Shown here: positions 16,129 through 24,966 of the stretch, piece after piece
Layout of the letters: each line of letters starts with the position of its first letter
How positions within the stretch are numbered: position 1 is the first letter of the stretch
Assembly: GCA_036265735.1 (NCBI GenBank)
Contig: DATAOK010000050.1
Span: 3,968-67,967, forward strand
Length of the DNA: 64,000 bases
DNA from: Gaiellaceae bacterium
GTDB lineage: Bacteria; Actinomycetota; Thermoleophilia; Gaiellales; Gaiellaceae
Reading direction: 5' to 3'
Notes under the pieces: generated by a model
The model's input: the letters and a program-made list of their open reading frames with translations, nothing else
Databases searched by the model: none
What the model was told of the DNA's origin: nothing
Made by a program: the position numbers and the translations under genes

Positions 16129-17114
16129 GCACGATGCGCGACTACAAGACCGACCAGGAAGTCCGCTGGTGCCCGGGCTGCGGCGACTACGCGATCCTCG
16201 CCGCGATGCAGTCGTTCATGCCGGAGCTCGGCATCGAGCGCGAACGCACCGTCTTCGTGAGCGGCATCGGCTGCGCCGCGCGCTTCCCGTACTACATGAA
16301 CACGTACGGCATGCACTCGATCCACGGGCGCGCGCCGGCGATCGCGACCGGTCTCGCGTCGTCGCGGCCCGACCTCTCGGTCTGGGTCGTCACGGGTGAC
16401 GGCGACGCGCTGTCGATCGGCGGCAACCACCTGATCCACGCGCTGCGCCGCAACGTGAACCTCAAGATCCTGCTCTTCAACAACCGCATCTATGGGCTGA
16501 CGAAGGGCCAGTACTCGCCGACGAGCGAGATCGGGAAGGTGACGAAGTCGACGCCGATGGGGTCGCTGGACTGGCCGTTCAACCCGCTGTCGCTCGTGAT
16601 CGGTGCGGAAGCGACGTTCGTCGCGCGCGCGATCGACACGGACAAATCGGGGATGACCGACGTGCTGCGCGCGGCTGCGGCGCACAAGGGCAGCGCGTTC
16701 GTCGAGATCTTCCAGAACTGTCCGATCTTCAACGACGACGCGTTCGCGTTCGTGCGCGACGACAAGGAAGGCGTCAACCGGATCATCCTCCGTGACGGCG
16801 AGCCGATCCGCTGGGGCGCGGATCTCGAGAAGGGGCTGCGTCAGCGGCGTGACGGGTCGATCGACGTCTGCGCCGCGGACGATCAGGACGTCCTTGTGCA
16901 CGACGCCCGGCATCCGACGCCGTCGCTGGCGTTTGCGCTCTCTCGCGTGACGCAGGAGACGCACGGCGGCACCCCCGTCGGCATGTTCCGGAATGTCGAG
17001 CGTCCGGTCTACGACGAGCTCATGGCGGAGCAGATCGCGACCGCGACCGAGAAGCTCGGTGCAGGCGACCTCGAGGCATTGCTGCACTCGGGCGAGACCT
17101 GGACGATCGCCTAA
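16125..17114 (+). CDS. korB: 2-oxoacid:ferredoxin oxidoreductase subunit beta (TPP-binding)
   Basis: ATGA overlap with korA. WCPGCGDYAIL...GIGCAARFPYY...VVTGDGDALSIGGNHLIHALRRN is the TPP motif. Confidence 0.9.
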   Translation: MSTMRDYKTDQEVRWCPGCGDYAILAAMQSFMPELGIERERTVFVSGIGCAARFPYYMNTYGMHSIHGRAPAIATGLASSRPDLSVWVVTGDGDALSIGGNHLIHALRRNVNLKILLFNNRIYGLTKGQYSPTSEIGKVTKSTPMGSLDWPFNPLSLVIGAEATFVARAIDTDKSGMTDVLRAAAAHKGSAFVEIFQNCPIFNDDAFAFVRDDKEGVNRIILRDGEPIRWGADLEKGLRQRRDGSIDVCAADDQDVLVHDARHPTPSLAFALSRVTQETHGGTPVGMFRNVERPVYDELMAEQIATATEKLGAGDLEALLHSGETWTIA

Positions 17115-17398
17115 GCGCTTTTTTCGTCGATCGAGAAGTGGAAGTGGTCGCCGTGCGCATGCACGTCGAGCCGCTTGTCGTCGAGCACCGCGGCGGCGGT
17201 CTCGTCGAGGAAGAGCACCGCGCCGCTCTCGCGCACGACCGCGTCGCCTTCCACCGGCGACTCGGCGAGCTCGAAGTCGAGTGCGGTCTCGCCGTTGTCG
17301 GCAACGCCGGAGATCCTGAGGCCGCCGTCCGAGCCGACGCCGCCCTCCGTCACGATGTCGCGAATCACTTCGACCGCCTCTGCGGACAATTCGAGCAT
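17111..17398 (-). CDS. HesB/IscA-like domain protein lacking the conserved cysteines
   Basis: Start moved to ATG 17398 (MLELSAEAVEVIRDIV...) with GGAGAGG 8 nt upstream. 95 aa. Confidence 0.55.
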   Translation of the reverse strand: MLELSAEAVEVIRDIVTEGGVGSDGGLRISGVADNGETALDFELAESPVEGDAVVRESGAVLFLDETAAAVLDDKRLDVHAHGDHFHFSIDEKSA

Positions 17399-17406
17399 TG
17401 AGCCTG

Positions 17407-17466
17407 CCTCTCCGAGAGAGGTCACCCTAAACAAAGCAGCCGGACGCGCGCCGCAACGCGCCCGGC
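17407..17466 (-). repeat. post-stop 'hairpin-TTTAGGGT-hairpin' module, copy D
   Basis: Read on the minus strand: GCCGGGCGCG..CGCGTCCGGC (9/10 stem), CTGCTTTG, TTTAGGGT, GAC, then CCTCTC-TCG-GAGAGG. It starts 8 nt after the stop of the 17475..17834 gene. Confidence 0.5.
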
Positions 17467-17474
17467 TTTGCCCG

Positions 17475-17834
17475 CTATGCCGTACGCCGCACGCCGTCCG
17501 TCGCGGGGATGAGTGCCTGCTCGAGTGCACGCTCGAGCCGGCTGCGACGGAAGGGCTTCATGACGTGGTCGACGGGAGCCAGCTCGCGTGAATCGGGACT
17601 CGGACCGTCAATCGACACGCACAGGATTGGCAACTGCGGGAACCGACGCCGCACGCCGCGGGCGAGCCGCACGCCCGGGCGCGACGCCGGTTCCAGCAGA
17701 ACGAGATCGGGCTCCTCGCCGTCGACCCATTCGCGTGGGCCGATGGGGTCATGGCCCAGTCGATGGCAGAGGAGCTCGAGTAGCGACCGTGTCGCCGGAT
17801 CGGGGTCAACGATGAGGATGGTCGCCACGCGCAT
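17475..17834 (-). CDS. single-domain atypical response-regulator receiver (Glu at the phospho-acceptor position)
   Basis: ILIVDPDPATR...PDLVLLEPAS...ILCVSIDG...VMKPF. The fold signatures and Lys are kept, but LLE replaces the canonical LLD. Confidence 0.65.
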   Translation of the reverse strand: MRVATILIVDPDPATRSLLELLCHRLGHDPIGPREWVDGEEPDLVLLEPASRPGVRLARGVRRRFPQLPILCVSIDGPSPDSRELAPVDHVMKPFRRSRLERALEQALIPATDGVRRTA

Positions 17835-17885
17835 ACTCTCGGCAACTCACGAGGGAACGGCGCATGGCCGTGGTATGAAGACGGT

Positions 17886-18584
17886 ATGAACGGGTCCACC
17901 GTCCTCGTGATCGACGACGACGACGACATCCGGGGCCTCGTCAGGACGCTGCTGGAGCGGGGCGGGGCCACCGTCCACGACGCCGCAAACGGCCGCGAGG
18001 GCCTACGGGAGTTCCACGCCCGCCGGCCCGACCTCGTGGTGCTGGACGTCTCGATGCCCGAGATGGACGGCTGGAGCGTCCTCGAGCGGATTCGCGACAT
18101 GTCCGAGGTGCCCGTCCTCATGCTGACGGCGCGCGGCGACGAGCTGGAGCGCGTTCGCGGTCTTCAGGCCGGTGCGGACGACTACGTCGTGAAGCCGTTC
18201 GGCCGCCAGGAGCTCGTCGCGCGAATCAGTGCGTTGCTCCGGCGCGCGTCCCGGGGCGGCGGCCGGGAGCAGGAGGCCGACTCGTACGCCGACGCGTATC
18301 TCACGATCGACTGGACGCAGGCCCGGGTGGCCGTCGGGGACCGGGAGGTGCAGCTGACGCCGCTCGAGTTCCGGCTGCTGTCGACCTTCGTGCGGCACCC
18401 GCGCCAGGTGCTGAGCCGCGAGCAGCTGCTCGAGCTCGTGTGGGGCGACGCGTACGGCGTCGGCGGCGACCAGGTGAAGCTCTACGTCGGCTACCTCCGC
18501 CGGAAGCTCGACCCCGACGACGCGGACAGCGTCCCGATCGAGACCGTGCGCGGCTTCGGCTATCGCTACAAGGCGCCGGGCTAA
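17886..18584 (+). CDS. OmpR/PhoB-family response regulator
   Basis: VLVIDDDDDIRGL...DLVVLDVSMPEMDG...YVVKPF receiver, plus a winged-helix C-terminus ...LTPLEFRLLSTFVRHPRQVLSREQLL...VRGFGYRY. Confidence 0.9.
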   Translation: MNGSTVLVIDDDDDIRGLVRTLLERGGATVHDAANGREGLREFHARRPDLVVLDVSMPEMDGWSVLERIRDMSEVPVLMLTARGDELERVRGLQAGADDYVVKPFGRQELVARISALLRRASRGGGREQEADSYADAYLTIDWTQARVAVGDREVQLTPLEFRLLSTFVRHPRQVLSREQLLELVWGDAYGVGGDQVKLYVGYLRRKLDPDDADSVPIETVRGFGYRYKAPG

Positions 18585-18955
18585 GTTTCGTCAAGGAGCG
18601 CGCGGACGCGCGTCGAGAGCTCGGCGGGCGAGAAGGGCTTCTTCACATACGCATCAGCGCCCGAGTCGTAGCCGCGGCGGACATCCGACTCCTGCGCCTT
18701 CGCAGTCAGCAGGAGGACGATTGTGTCGCGGAGCTCGTCGTCGCCGCGGATCTGCTCGAGCACCTCGAGGCCGTCGAGGCCCGGCATGCCGATGTCGAGC
18801 ACCGCGAGGCGCGGACGATGCTCGCGTGCGAGCTCGAGGGCGCGGTCCCCGCTCGAGGCCGAGACGACCTCGTAGCCGTCGCGGCGTAGCCGCGTCGTGA
18901 CGAGCAGCAGGATGTCATCGTCGTCATCGGCGACGAGCAGCAGCTCTCCGCTCAT
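18581..18955 (-). CDS. single-domain response regulator (CheY-like receiver)
   Basis: MSGELLLVADDDDDILLL...LAVLDIGMPGLDG...LLLTAKA...YVKKPF. ATGA overlap with the upstream kinase stop. Its stop overlaps the convergent OmpR-type gene stop. Confidence 0.85.
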   Translation of the reverse strand: MSGELLLVADDDDDILLLVTTRLRRDGYEVVSASSGDRALELAREHRPRLAVLDIGMPGLDGLEVLEQIRGDDELRDTIVLLLTAKAQESDVRRGYDSGADAYVKKPFSPAELSTRVRALLDET

Positions 18956-20697
18956 GCGACGAGCTCCGCAGTCGCGCGCTGACGCGGTACACGCAGCGGT
19001 AGCTGGATCCGGAACGTCGTGCCGCCGCCTTCTCGGCTCGCGACGGCGATCGTGCCGCCGTGCGCCTCGACGATCGCACGCGAGATGAAGAGGCCGAGCC
19101 CGGTCCCCGGGACTTGCTGTGCGACGACACGAGACGAGCGGAAGAAGCGGTCGAAGACGAGCTCTGCCTCGCCGGGCCCGAGACCCATGCCGGTGTCCGC
19201 AACCTCGAGCAGCACGCCGTTGGCAGCGGGCTCGACGTTTACGTCGACACGGCCGCCCTCCGGCGTGAACTTGATCGCGTTCGAGATGAGATTGTCGAGC
19301 AACTGGAAGAGCCGTCCCTTGTCGGCCTCGAGCATGACAGGACCGTCGCCGTTGAAGGCGATGGTCAGATGCTTGCTCTCGGCGCGGGGCCGTGCTTCGA
19401 GAACGGATTGACGCGCGACGGCGCAGAGGTCGAGCTCCGACCGCTCGAGCACGAGGCGCCCTGCCTGCACACGCGCGACGAAGAGCAGATCGTCGACCAG
19501 CCGGAGCAGTCGCTCGGAGCTCCGCGACACGACCTCGAGATACGAGCGGCGCTCCTCGTCGAGCGGGGCGCCGACGTCCTCGAGGGCGAGCTCGACGTAG
19601 CCCATGATCGACGTGAGCGGCGTGCGCAGGTCGTGCGAGATCAGCGCCACGAACTCGTCCTTCAGCTTGTCGGCTTCGACCAGCTGCTCGTTCTGCACCG
19701 CGAGCAGCATCTGCGCGTGCTCGGCGTCTGCGCGCGCCGACTGCTCGCGCTCGCGGATGCGCTCGAGCGCGCGGAGGATGCCCACGAGCCGCGCCACGAC
19801 GAGGATCGCGATCGCGGTTGCCGCCAGCACGATCGCGTACGGATCGAAATGGATCTTCCGGATGTGTTGAACCATCAGGACCGCCGGCGCACTCACGAGC
19901 GCGCCCGTGAGCAACACGATCCGCACGGGATGGATGCGCAACCGCACACGCCGTCGCCGCGGCTTCGAGAGCTCGCGCATCGATGGATGAAGCGCCGCCG
20001 CCGCCCAGAGGATGTAGCTGAGCAGCCAGCCGAGGTCGGTGAGGTCGCCGCTGCGATACGAGGCGCTCTGGACGCCGTAGACGTCGTCCGCGACGAGCAG
20101 CGAGGTCAAGCTCAGCACGAGCAGCACGAACGCCGGCGTGCGCCAGGCCGCGGTAACGAAGAATCCGGCGAGCCCGGCAAGCAGGAGCACGTCCATTCCC
20201 GGGTAGGCCATGGTCACCGCACGCTCGGTCACGGATCCAGGGCCGTCTTTGATCCCGTCCATGATCCAGACCCACTGGAAGAGCGCGAACGCGATCGTGA
20301 CGATCGCCGCCTCGTCGATCGCCGCCAGGCGGTGGTGCCCTCCCGCGCGCACGACGAGCAGAATGAGGCCACACGTCACGATCGGGTAGCCCGCGAGATA
20401 GAACACGTCCGCCACCGACGGGACAGGCGGGTTCACGATGATGTTGAAGATGATGTCCGCGACCGCGAAGAAGAGGTTCCCGAGCGCAAAGAGGAACCAC
20501 GGCAAGCGGAAGTCGGGCTTGTTGACGTAGACGGCGGCCGCGATCGCGACCGACGAGCCGACGCCGATCAGGTCGTAGAGGACCGACTGCGCGTTTCCCC
20601 GCGGGACGAGGAAATAGACGACGCAGAGAACGAGTCCGGCGGCGAGAAAGAGCGAGCCGGTGCGGAACCCCCTGACGGCCTGTGGGAGATCGTGCAC
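18952..20697 (-). CDS. sensor histidine kinase with a polytopic N-terminal membrane domain
   Basis: HisKA FVALISHDLRTPLTSIMGY. HATPase N/G boxes LISNAIKFTPEGG...DTGMGLGPGE...GTGLGL. Start set at in-frame GTG 20697 because the track start 20901 overlaps the upstream gene. The start is uncertain. Confidence 0.8.
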   Translation of the reverse strand: MHDLPQAVRGFRTGSLFLAAGLVLCVVYFLVPRGNAQSVLYDLIGVGSSVAIAAAVYVNKPDFRLPWFLFALGNLFFAVADIIFNIIVNPPVPSVADVFYLAGYPIVTCGLILLVVRAGGHHRLAAIDEAAIVTIAFALFQWVWIMDGIKDGPGSVTERAVTMAYPGMDVLLLAGLAGFFVTAAWRTPAFVLLVLSLTSLLVADDVYGVQSASYRSGDLTDLGWLLSYILWAAAALHPSMRELSKPRRRRVRLRIHPVRIVLLTGALVSAPAVLMVQHIRKIHFDPYAIVLAATAIAILVVARLVGILRALERIREREQSARADAEHAQMLLAVQNEQLVEADKLKDEFVALISHDLRTPLTSIMGYVELALEDVGAPLDEERRSYLEVVSRSSERLLRLVDDLLFVARVQAGRLVLERSELDLCAVARQSVLEARPRAESKHLTIAFNGDGPVMLEADKGRLFQLLDNLISNAIKFTPEGGRVDVNVEPAANGVLLEVADTGMGLGPGEAELVFDRFFRSSRVVAQQVPGTGLGLFISRAIVEAHGGTIAVASREGGGTTFRIQLPLRVPRQRATAELVA

Positions 20698-20735
20698 GGT
20701 CTTACGTTCACTGTAGGCAACGTCATGCCTTCCCG

Positions 20736-21569
20736 CTATGCCCCGGAAAACGCACTGATTGCTGCGGCAACCTCGTCCGGCCGGTCCTCCTGAAGAAAGT
20801 GCGAGGCGTTCTCGATCAGCACAGGCCCTTGGGCCCCGGGAATGAGGTCGACGAACGCCTGCGCGATCCCCACCGGCAGCACCGCGTCGTCGGCGCCCCA
20901 AACGACGAGCGCCGCCCGGTCCCAGCTGCGGAGCGCGTCTCGCACGCGGTTCATCGGTGCAGTGTTCGGGTGGTCGGGGTCGGTCGGGACGAGTTCGGGG
21001 AACGCGAGCGCGCCCGCCTTCGACTCCGGCGTTGGGAACGGCGCGTCGTAGGCGGCGCGCGTCTCGTCGTCGAGGCCGCTCGTCGTGCCGGCTTCGACGA
21101 GCCGGCCGATGTCGAGCGCACCGCCGAGCTCGCGTACGACGGCGCGGAAGCGCAGCCAGGTATCGCTCGGCGCGGAGCCGCCGCCGATGCCGGTGTTGAG
21201 GATGACGAGCCGCGCGACGCGCTCAGGGTTCTCGACCGCGAAGCGCAGACCGATCGGCCCGCCCCAGTCGTGCACAACGAGCGTGATGTCGTCGAGGCCC
21301 AGCTCTGCGACGAGACGTGCGATCGAATCGACGTGGCGGTCGTACGAGTACCAGCCGATGTCCTCGGGCTTGTCCGACTGCCCGAACCCGATCAGGTCAG
21401 GCGCGACCTTGCGTCCCGGCAGCTGCGGGATGATGTTTCGCCAGAGATACGACGAGGTCGGCTCCCCGTGCAGGAGCACGAACGTCGGCGGCCCGGTGCC
21501 CTCGTCGACGTAGTGCATGCGCATGCCCTCGAAATCGAACAGATGGGGAGTATCCCCATTCGCTGTCAC
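20736..21569 (-). CDS. haloalkane dehalogenase-like alpha/beta hydrolase
   Basis: MHYVDEGTGPPTFVLLHGEPTSSYLWRNIIPQL...LVVHDWGGPIGL...ASHFLQED match the family pattern. Confidence 0.8.
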   Translation of the reverse strand: MTANGDTPHLFDFEGMRMHYVDEGTGPPTFVLLHGEPTSSYLWRNIIPQLPGRKVAPDLIGFGQSDKPEDIGWYSYDRHVDSIARLVAELGLDDITLVVHDWGGPIGLRFAVENPERVARLVILNTGIGGGSAPSDTWLRFRAVVRELGGALDIGRLVEAGTTSGLDDETRAAYDAPFPTPESKAGALAFPELVPTDPDHPNTAPMNRVRDALRSWDRAALVVWGADDAVLPVGIAQAFVDLIPGAQGPVLIENASHFLQEDRPDEVAAAISAFSGA

Positions 21570-21587
21570 GTCGCTCTTCGAGACCTG

Positions 21588-22343
21588 TCAGGTCGGGCCG
21601 ACTTCGCGCGCCAGGCGCACCGCCGACGCGACGCCTTGCGTCCACGGGTCGCCGTGCCCGAACGCGAGCGTCGGCGCGTCGAGCTCTTCGACCGTCGAGA
21701 GCGAGTCGAGCATCGTCGCGCTCGAAAGGTTGAATGCCTGCGGCAAGAGCTGCGGACCGCGCCGGCCGGTCAGCGGATTGAGCGTGCAGAGCTGGTCGCC
21801 CATCAGCAGCACGCCGCGCGACTCGAGCAGGAACACGGCGTGGCCTGACGTGTGACCGGGCGTGTGCACGACGCGCGGCCTGCCCGGCACGTCGAGCTCG
21901 TCGCCGTCGCGGAACGTCGTGACCTCCTGCACCGGCTTCGGGACGCCGCCCGCGGACATCAGGTGCCCCATCAGCTTGTACGCATGCGGGTAGCGCAGGT
22001 ACGCCGCCATCGGCTTCTCGTTCTTGCCGAACGCCTTGCCGGTCGTCGTGAGCTCCTTGTCGCCCTCGTGGACGTACACGGGCACGCCGAGCTCGGTGCG
22101 CGCCTGCTCGGCGAAGCCGATGTGATCGCCGTGCCCGTGCGTCAGCACGATCGCGTCGACCTGGCCGCGGCTCCGGTCGAGCAGCGCGAGCCCGTGGTCG
22201 AGCTGCGCGTAGTACGCAGGCGCGCCGCAGTCCACAATCGTGACGCGGCCGCCGTCCTCGACGAGATACCAGTTGACGAGGCTCGTGCCGAGGCGCACCA
22301 CCCCGTCGGCGACCTGCGTCGGTTGCGTGTCCCGCGCGAACAT
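21588..22343 (-). CDS. MBL-fold metallo-hydrolase
   Basis: THGHGDHIG metal-binding motif; 251 aa. Confidence 0.85.
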   Translation of the reverse strand: MFARDTQPTQVADGVVRLGTSLVNWYLVEDGGRVTIVDCGAPAYYAQLDHGLALLDRSRGQVDAIVLTHGHGDHIGFAEQARTELGVPVYVHEGDKELTTTGKAFGKNEKPMAAYLRYPHAYKLMGHLMSAGGVPKPVQEVTTFRDGDELDVPGRPRVVHTPGHTSGHAVFLLESRGVLLMGDQLCTLNPLTGRRGPQLLPQAFNLSSATMLDSLSTVEELDAPTLAFGHGDPWTQGVASAVRLAREVGPT

Positions 22344-22376
22344 GAAGCGCGGAGACTAACCGCGCAACCGCACGCG

Positions 22377-23252
22377 ATGCCGAGGCGTTATGGAAGCACG
22401 GTGCCGGCCGCCGAAGACACCCAGATCACGCAGGAGCACGGGGTTCCCGGTGCGCCTCCGCCCGGTCCGCCACCCGCGCCGCCCGGCATGTTCGCGGATA
22501 TCGGGCCCTGGCTCGCGCTGTTCGGGCTCGCGGTGCTCGGCGGCCTCGCCGTCTGGTTCTTCGTCCTTCACGACCGCGGGAATCACGGGAAGGTCGTGCC
22601 CGCCGTCGTCGGGCAGCCGCAGCGGCAGGCAGTCGAGACCCTCACCGGCGACGGGCTGAACGTGCAGGAGATCGTCGGCCCCTCGTCACGGCCGCGCGGG
22701 ATCGTCGTGTCGCAGAGACCCGGCGGCGGCTCTCAGGTCGCGAGTGGGCAAACCGTCACCCTGCACGTCTCGAACGGCCACTCGCTCGCGGTGGGGGCGC
22801 CGCGCATCACGAACAGCACGACGACGACGACCGCTGCCACGACGACGACAACGGCGTCCCAGGTCACGGTGCCGGACGTGACCGGCCAGGACATGGCGAG
22901 CGCCGCAGGTCAGATCGAGGCCGCCGGCTTCGTCGCCGAGACCGACCCGGTCCCCGGCTCCGGGACAGCCGGAACCGTCACGGCGCAGGACCCGCCGGCG
23001 TCGGCGCAGGCGCCCGCCGGCAACGTCATCCGCCTGTCGGTCGCGACCGGCAGCAGCCGGCCGCCCGTCACCGTCCCGAGCGTCACGGGCCAGAAGGCGG
23101 CGGCCGCGCGCGCGACGCTCCTGAACGCGAACCTGACGACGAAGACCGTCTACAAGCAAGGCCCGCCGAAGAGCATCGGCGTCGTGCTGGCTGAGAGCCC
23201 GACCGGCTCCCAGCCGCGCTATGGGCAGGTCACGTTGACGGTCGGTTCTTGA
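22377..23252 (+). CDS. membrane-anchored protein with three PASTA domains and no kinase or PBP domain
   Basis: Internal ATG of track ORF 21852..23252. A Pro-rich N-terminus, one TM segment (WLALFGLAVLGGLAVWFFVL), then three VP(A/D/S)V(V/T)GQ...-type PASTA repeats. A poly-Thr linker separates repeats 1 and 2. Confidence 0.75.
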   Translation: MPRRYGSTVPAAEDTQITQEHGVPGAPPPGPPPAPPGMFADIGPWLALFGLAVLGGLAVWFFVLHDRGNHGKVVPAVVGQPQRQAVETLTGDGLNVQEIVGPSSRPRGIVVSQRPGGGSQVASGQTVTLHVSNGHSLAVGAPRITNSTTTTTAATTTTTASQVTVPDVTGQDMASAAGQIEAAGFVAETDPVPGSGTAGTVTAQDPPASAQAPAGNVIRLSVATGSSRPPVTVPSVTGQKAAAARATLLNANLTTKTVYKQGPPKSIGVVLAESPTGSQPRYGQVTLTVGS

Positions 23253-24483
23253 CGAGCGCGAGGCGGGGGAGGCTCGGAAGCCGGGGCCGCAGCCGCAGCC
23301 GGCGGGCCGCGACCGCTGTGCCGGCGAGTCCGGCCGCACCGCCGACGAGAAACGCGAGGTCGGTGCCGCCGACCGTGCACAGCCAGCCGGCGAAGAGGCC
23401 GGCGAACGGCCCGGTGCCGTTGAATGCATAGAAATAGATCCCGATCAGGCGGCCGCGCAGCCGATCGGGTGCGGCGAGCTGGATGCTCGCGTTCGAGTTC
23501 GCCGACCAGGCCGTGAAGCCGGCCCCGACGAGGAAGAGCAAGACGCCTGCGAACCAGACGTTGTGCCCTGTCGCAAGAAGCATCGTCGCGCAGGTGAAGA
23601 CGCCGGCGCCGAGCAGCAGCACGCGTAGCGATGCACGAGCGCGTGAAGCCGCGAACAGGGCACCGGCGAGCGCGCCTGCGCCGAACACCGCCGACAGGAA
23701 TCCGTAGACGTAACCCTGGCCGTGCAGGGTGATCTTCGCGAGCACCGGCAGCGTGACGTTGTAGTTGAACGTGAACGTGCTCAGCACGAGCGTCAGCGCG
23801 AGCACGATCAGCATCCGCGGCTGCGTGCGCACATAGGCGAGGCCCTCGCGCGTCCCGCGCAGGAGCGACGGCCGCTCGAACTCCTCGACGGGGAAGAACT
23901 CGCGTGTCCGCATCAGGAAGAGACCGAGGAGAACGGCGAGGAAGCTGACCGTATTCACGAGGAAACAGATGCCGACTCCCGCGAAGCCGAGGATCGCCCC
24001 GGCGAGCGACGGGCCGAAGATGCGCGACGCATTGAACAAGCTCGAGTTGAGCGCGATCGCGTTCGGCAGCACCTCGCGCCCGACCATGCGGTACGTGAGC
24101 TGCTGGCGCGACGGCACGTCGAGCACGAGCACACAGCCGTTCAGGAACGCGATCACGTAGAGCATCCACGGCCGCGCAAAGCCGCCGAGCGCAATCCACG
24201 TGAGCGCGGTCGCCGTGACCAGCTGCGCGGCCTGTGTTCCGAGCACGAGCCGGCGCGCGTCCATGCGATCCGTGATCACGCCGGCGAACAGGCCGAACAG
24301 CGTGAACGGCAGGAACTGCGCGAGTGCCATCAGGCCGACGGCGAACGCGTCGTTGTGCGTCAGCTCGAGGATGAACCAGCCGAGCGCGATGCGCTGCATC
24401 CACGAGCCGGTCTGGGAGACGATCTGTCCGGTGAAGAAGAGCCTGTAGTTCCGGTAGCGCAGGCTCGAGAACGTTCGCCTCAC
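23230..24483 (-). CDS. MFS transporter (EntS/MFS_3-like)
   Basis: 417 aa, about 12 TM. The N-terminus FSSLRYRNYRLFFTGQIVSQTGSWMQ is typical of this MFS subfamily. Confidence 0.85.
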   Translation of the reverse strand: MRRTFSSLRYRNYRLFFTGQIVSQTGSWMQRIALGWFILELTHNDAFAVGLMALAQFLPFTLFGLFAGVITDRMDARRLVLGTQAAQLVTATALTWIALGGFARPWMLYVIAFLNGCVLVLDVPSRQQLTYRMVGREVLPNAIALNSSLFNASRIFGPSLAGAILGFAGVGICFLVNTVSFLAVLLGLFLMRTREFFPVEEFERPSLLRGTREGLAYVRTQPRMLIVLALTLVLSTFTFNYNVTLPVLAKITLHGQGYVYGFLSAVFGAGALAGALFAASRARASLRVLLLGAGVFTCATMLLATGHNVWFAGVLLFLVGAGFTAWSANSNASIQLAAPDRLRGRLIGIYFYAFNGTGPFAGLFAGWLCTVGGTDLAFLVGGAAGLAGTAVAARRLRLRPRLPSLPRLALVKNRPST

Positions 24484-24926
24484 GGGCGCTCCGACTCGTC
24501 GAGCAAGAGCGTCAGCGGCGCGACGGCGGCTTCGACGGCTGCGAGCTCCTCGGTGGACAGCTGCCCGAGGCGCGTCACGAGCCAGGCTGTCCGGCGCGAC
24601 CGGACGCGGCGGAGGACGCGCTGGCCCTCCTCGGTCAGCGTCAGGCCGACGCGACGGCGGTCGTCGTCGCTCGGAGTCCGCGTGACGAGCCCGTCCTGCT
24701 CGAGGCGGTCAACGCGATTCGAGAGCGCCGGCGGCGAGACGCGCTCGCGTGCCGCCAGCTCCCGCACGCCGATGCCCGGGCTGTACTTGATCGCGACGAG
24801 GAGCGAGACCTGCTCGGGGGAGACGCCGACCTCGCGCGCCTCGCGGCGGAGCTCGCGGCCCACGCGCAGCAAGACCGGGCGCAGGGCCTCGGCCAGGGTC
24901 ATCGTGTCGAGCTCGGTCTTCGGCAT
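24480..24926 (-). CDS. MarR family transcriptional regulator
   Basis: 148 aa, winged HTH ...GVRELAARERVSPPALSNRVDRLEQDGLVTRTPSDDDRR. Overlaps the MFS start (operon). Confidence 0.9.
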   Translation of the reverse strand: MPKTELDTMTLAEALRPVLLRVGRELRREAREVGVSPEQVSLLVAIKYSPGIGVRELAARERVSPPALSNRVDRLEQDGLVTRTPSDDDRRRVGLTLTEEGQRVLRRVRSRRTAWLVTRLGQLSTEELAAVEAAVAPLTLLLDESERP

Positions 24927-24947
24927 ATCGTTAACGGTGTTAACGAT
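24927..24947. promoter_or_regulatory. perfect 9-3-9 palindrome ATCGTTAAC-GGT-GTTAACGAT, candidate MarR operator
   Basis: Seen directly, abutting the MarR ATG (24926). It is unusually AT-rich for this sequence. Confidence 0.5.
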
Positions 24948-24966
24948 AGCTGAAGCGGAATATTCC

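Noticed and set aside
17424-17431. TTAGGG-containing motif as a telomere-like repeat
   Set aside because: These are single isolated copies embedded in terminator-like modules, not tandem arrays. This is a bacterial gene context.
18581-20793. 639-aa (-) and 577-aa (+) ORFs over the histidine kinase locus
   Set aside because: These are alternate and antisense frames of the kinase gene. Only the last 124 codons of the 639-aa ORF (the CheY-like receiver) are real. The kinase frame 18952..20697 carries the H, N and G boxes.
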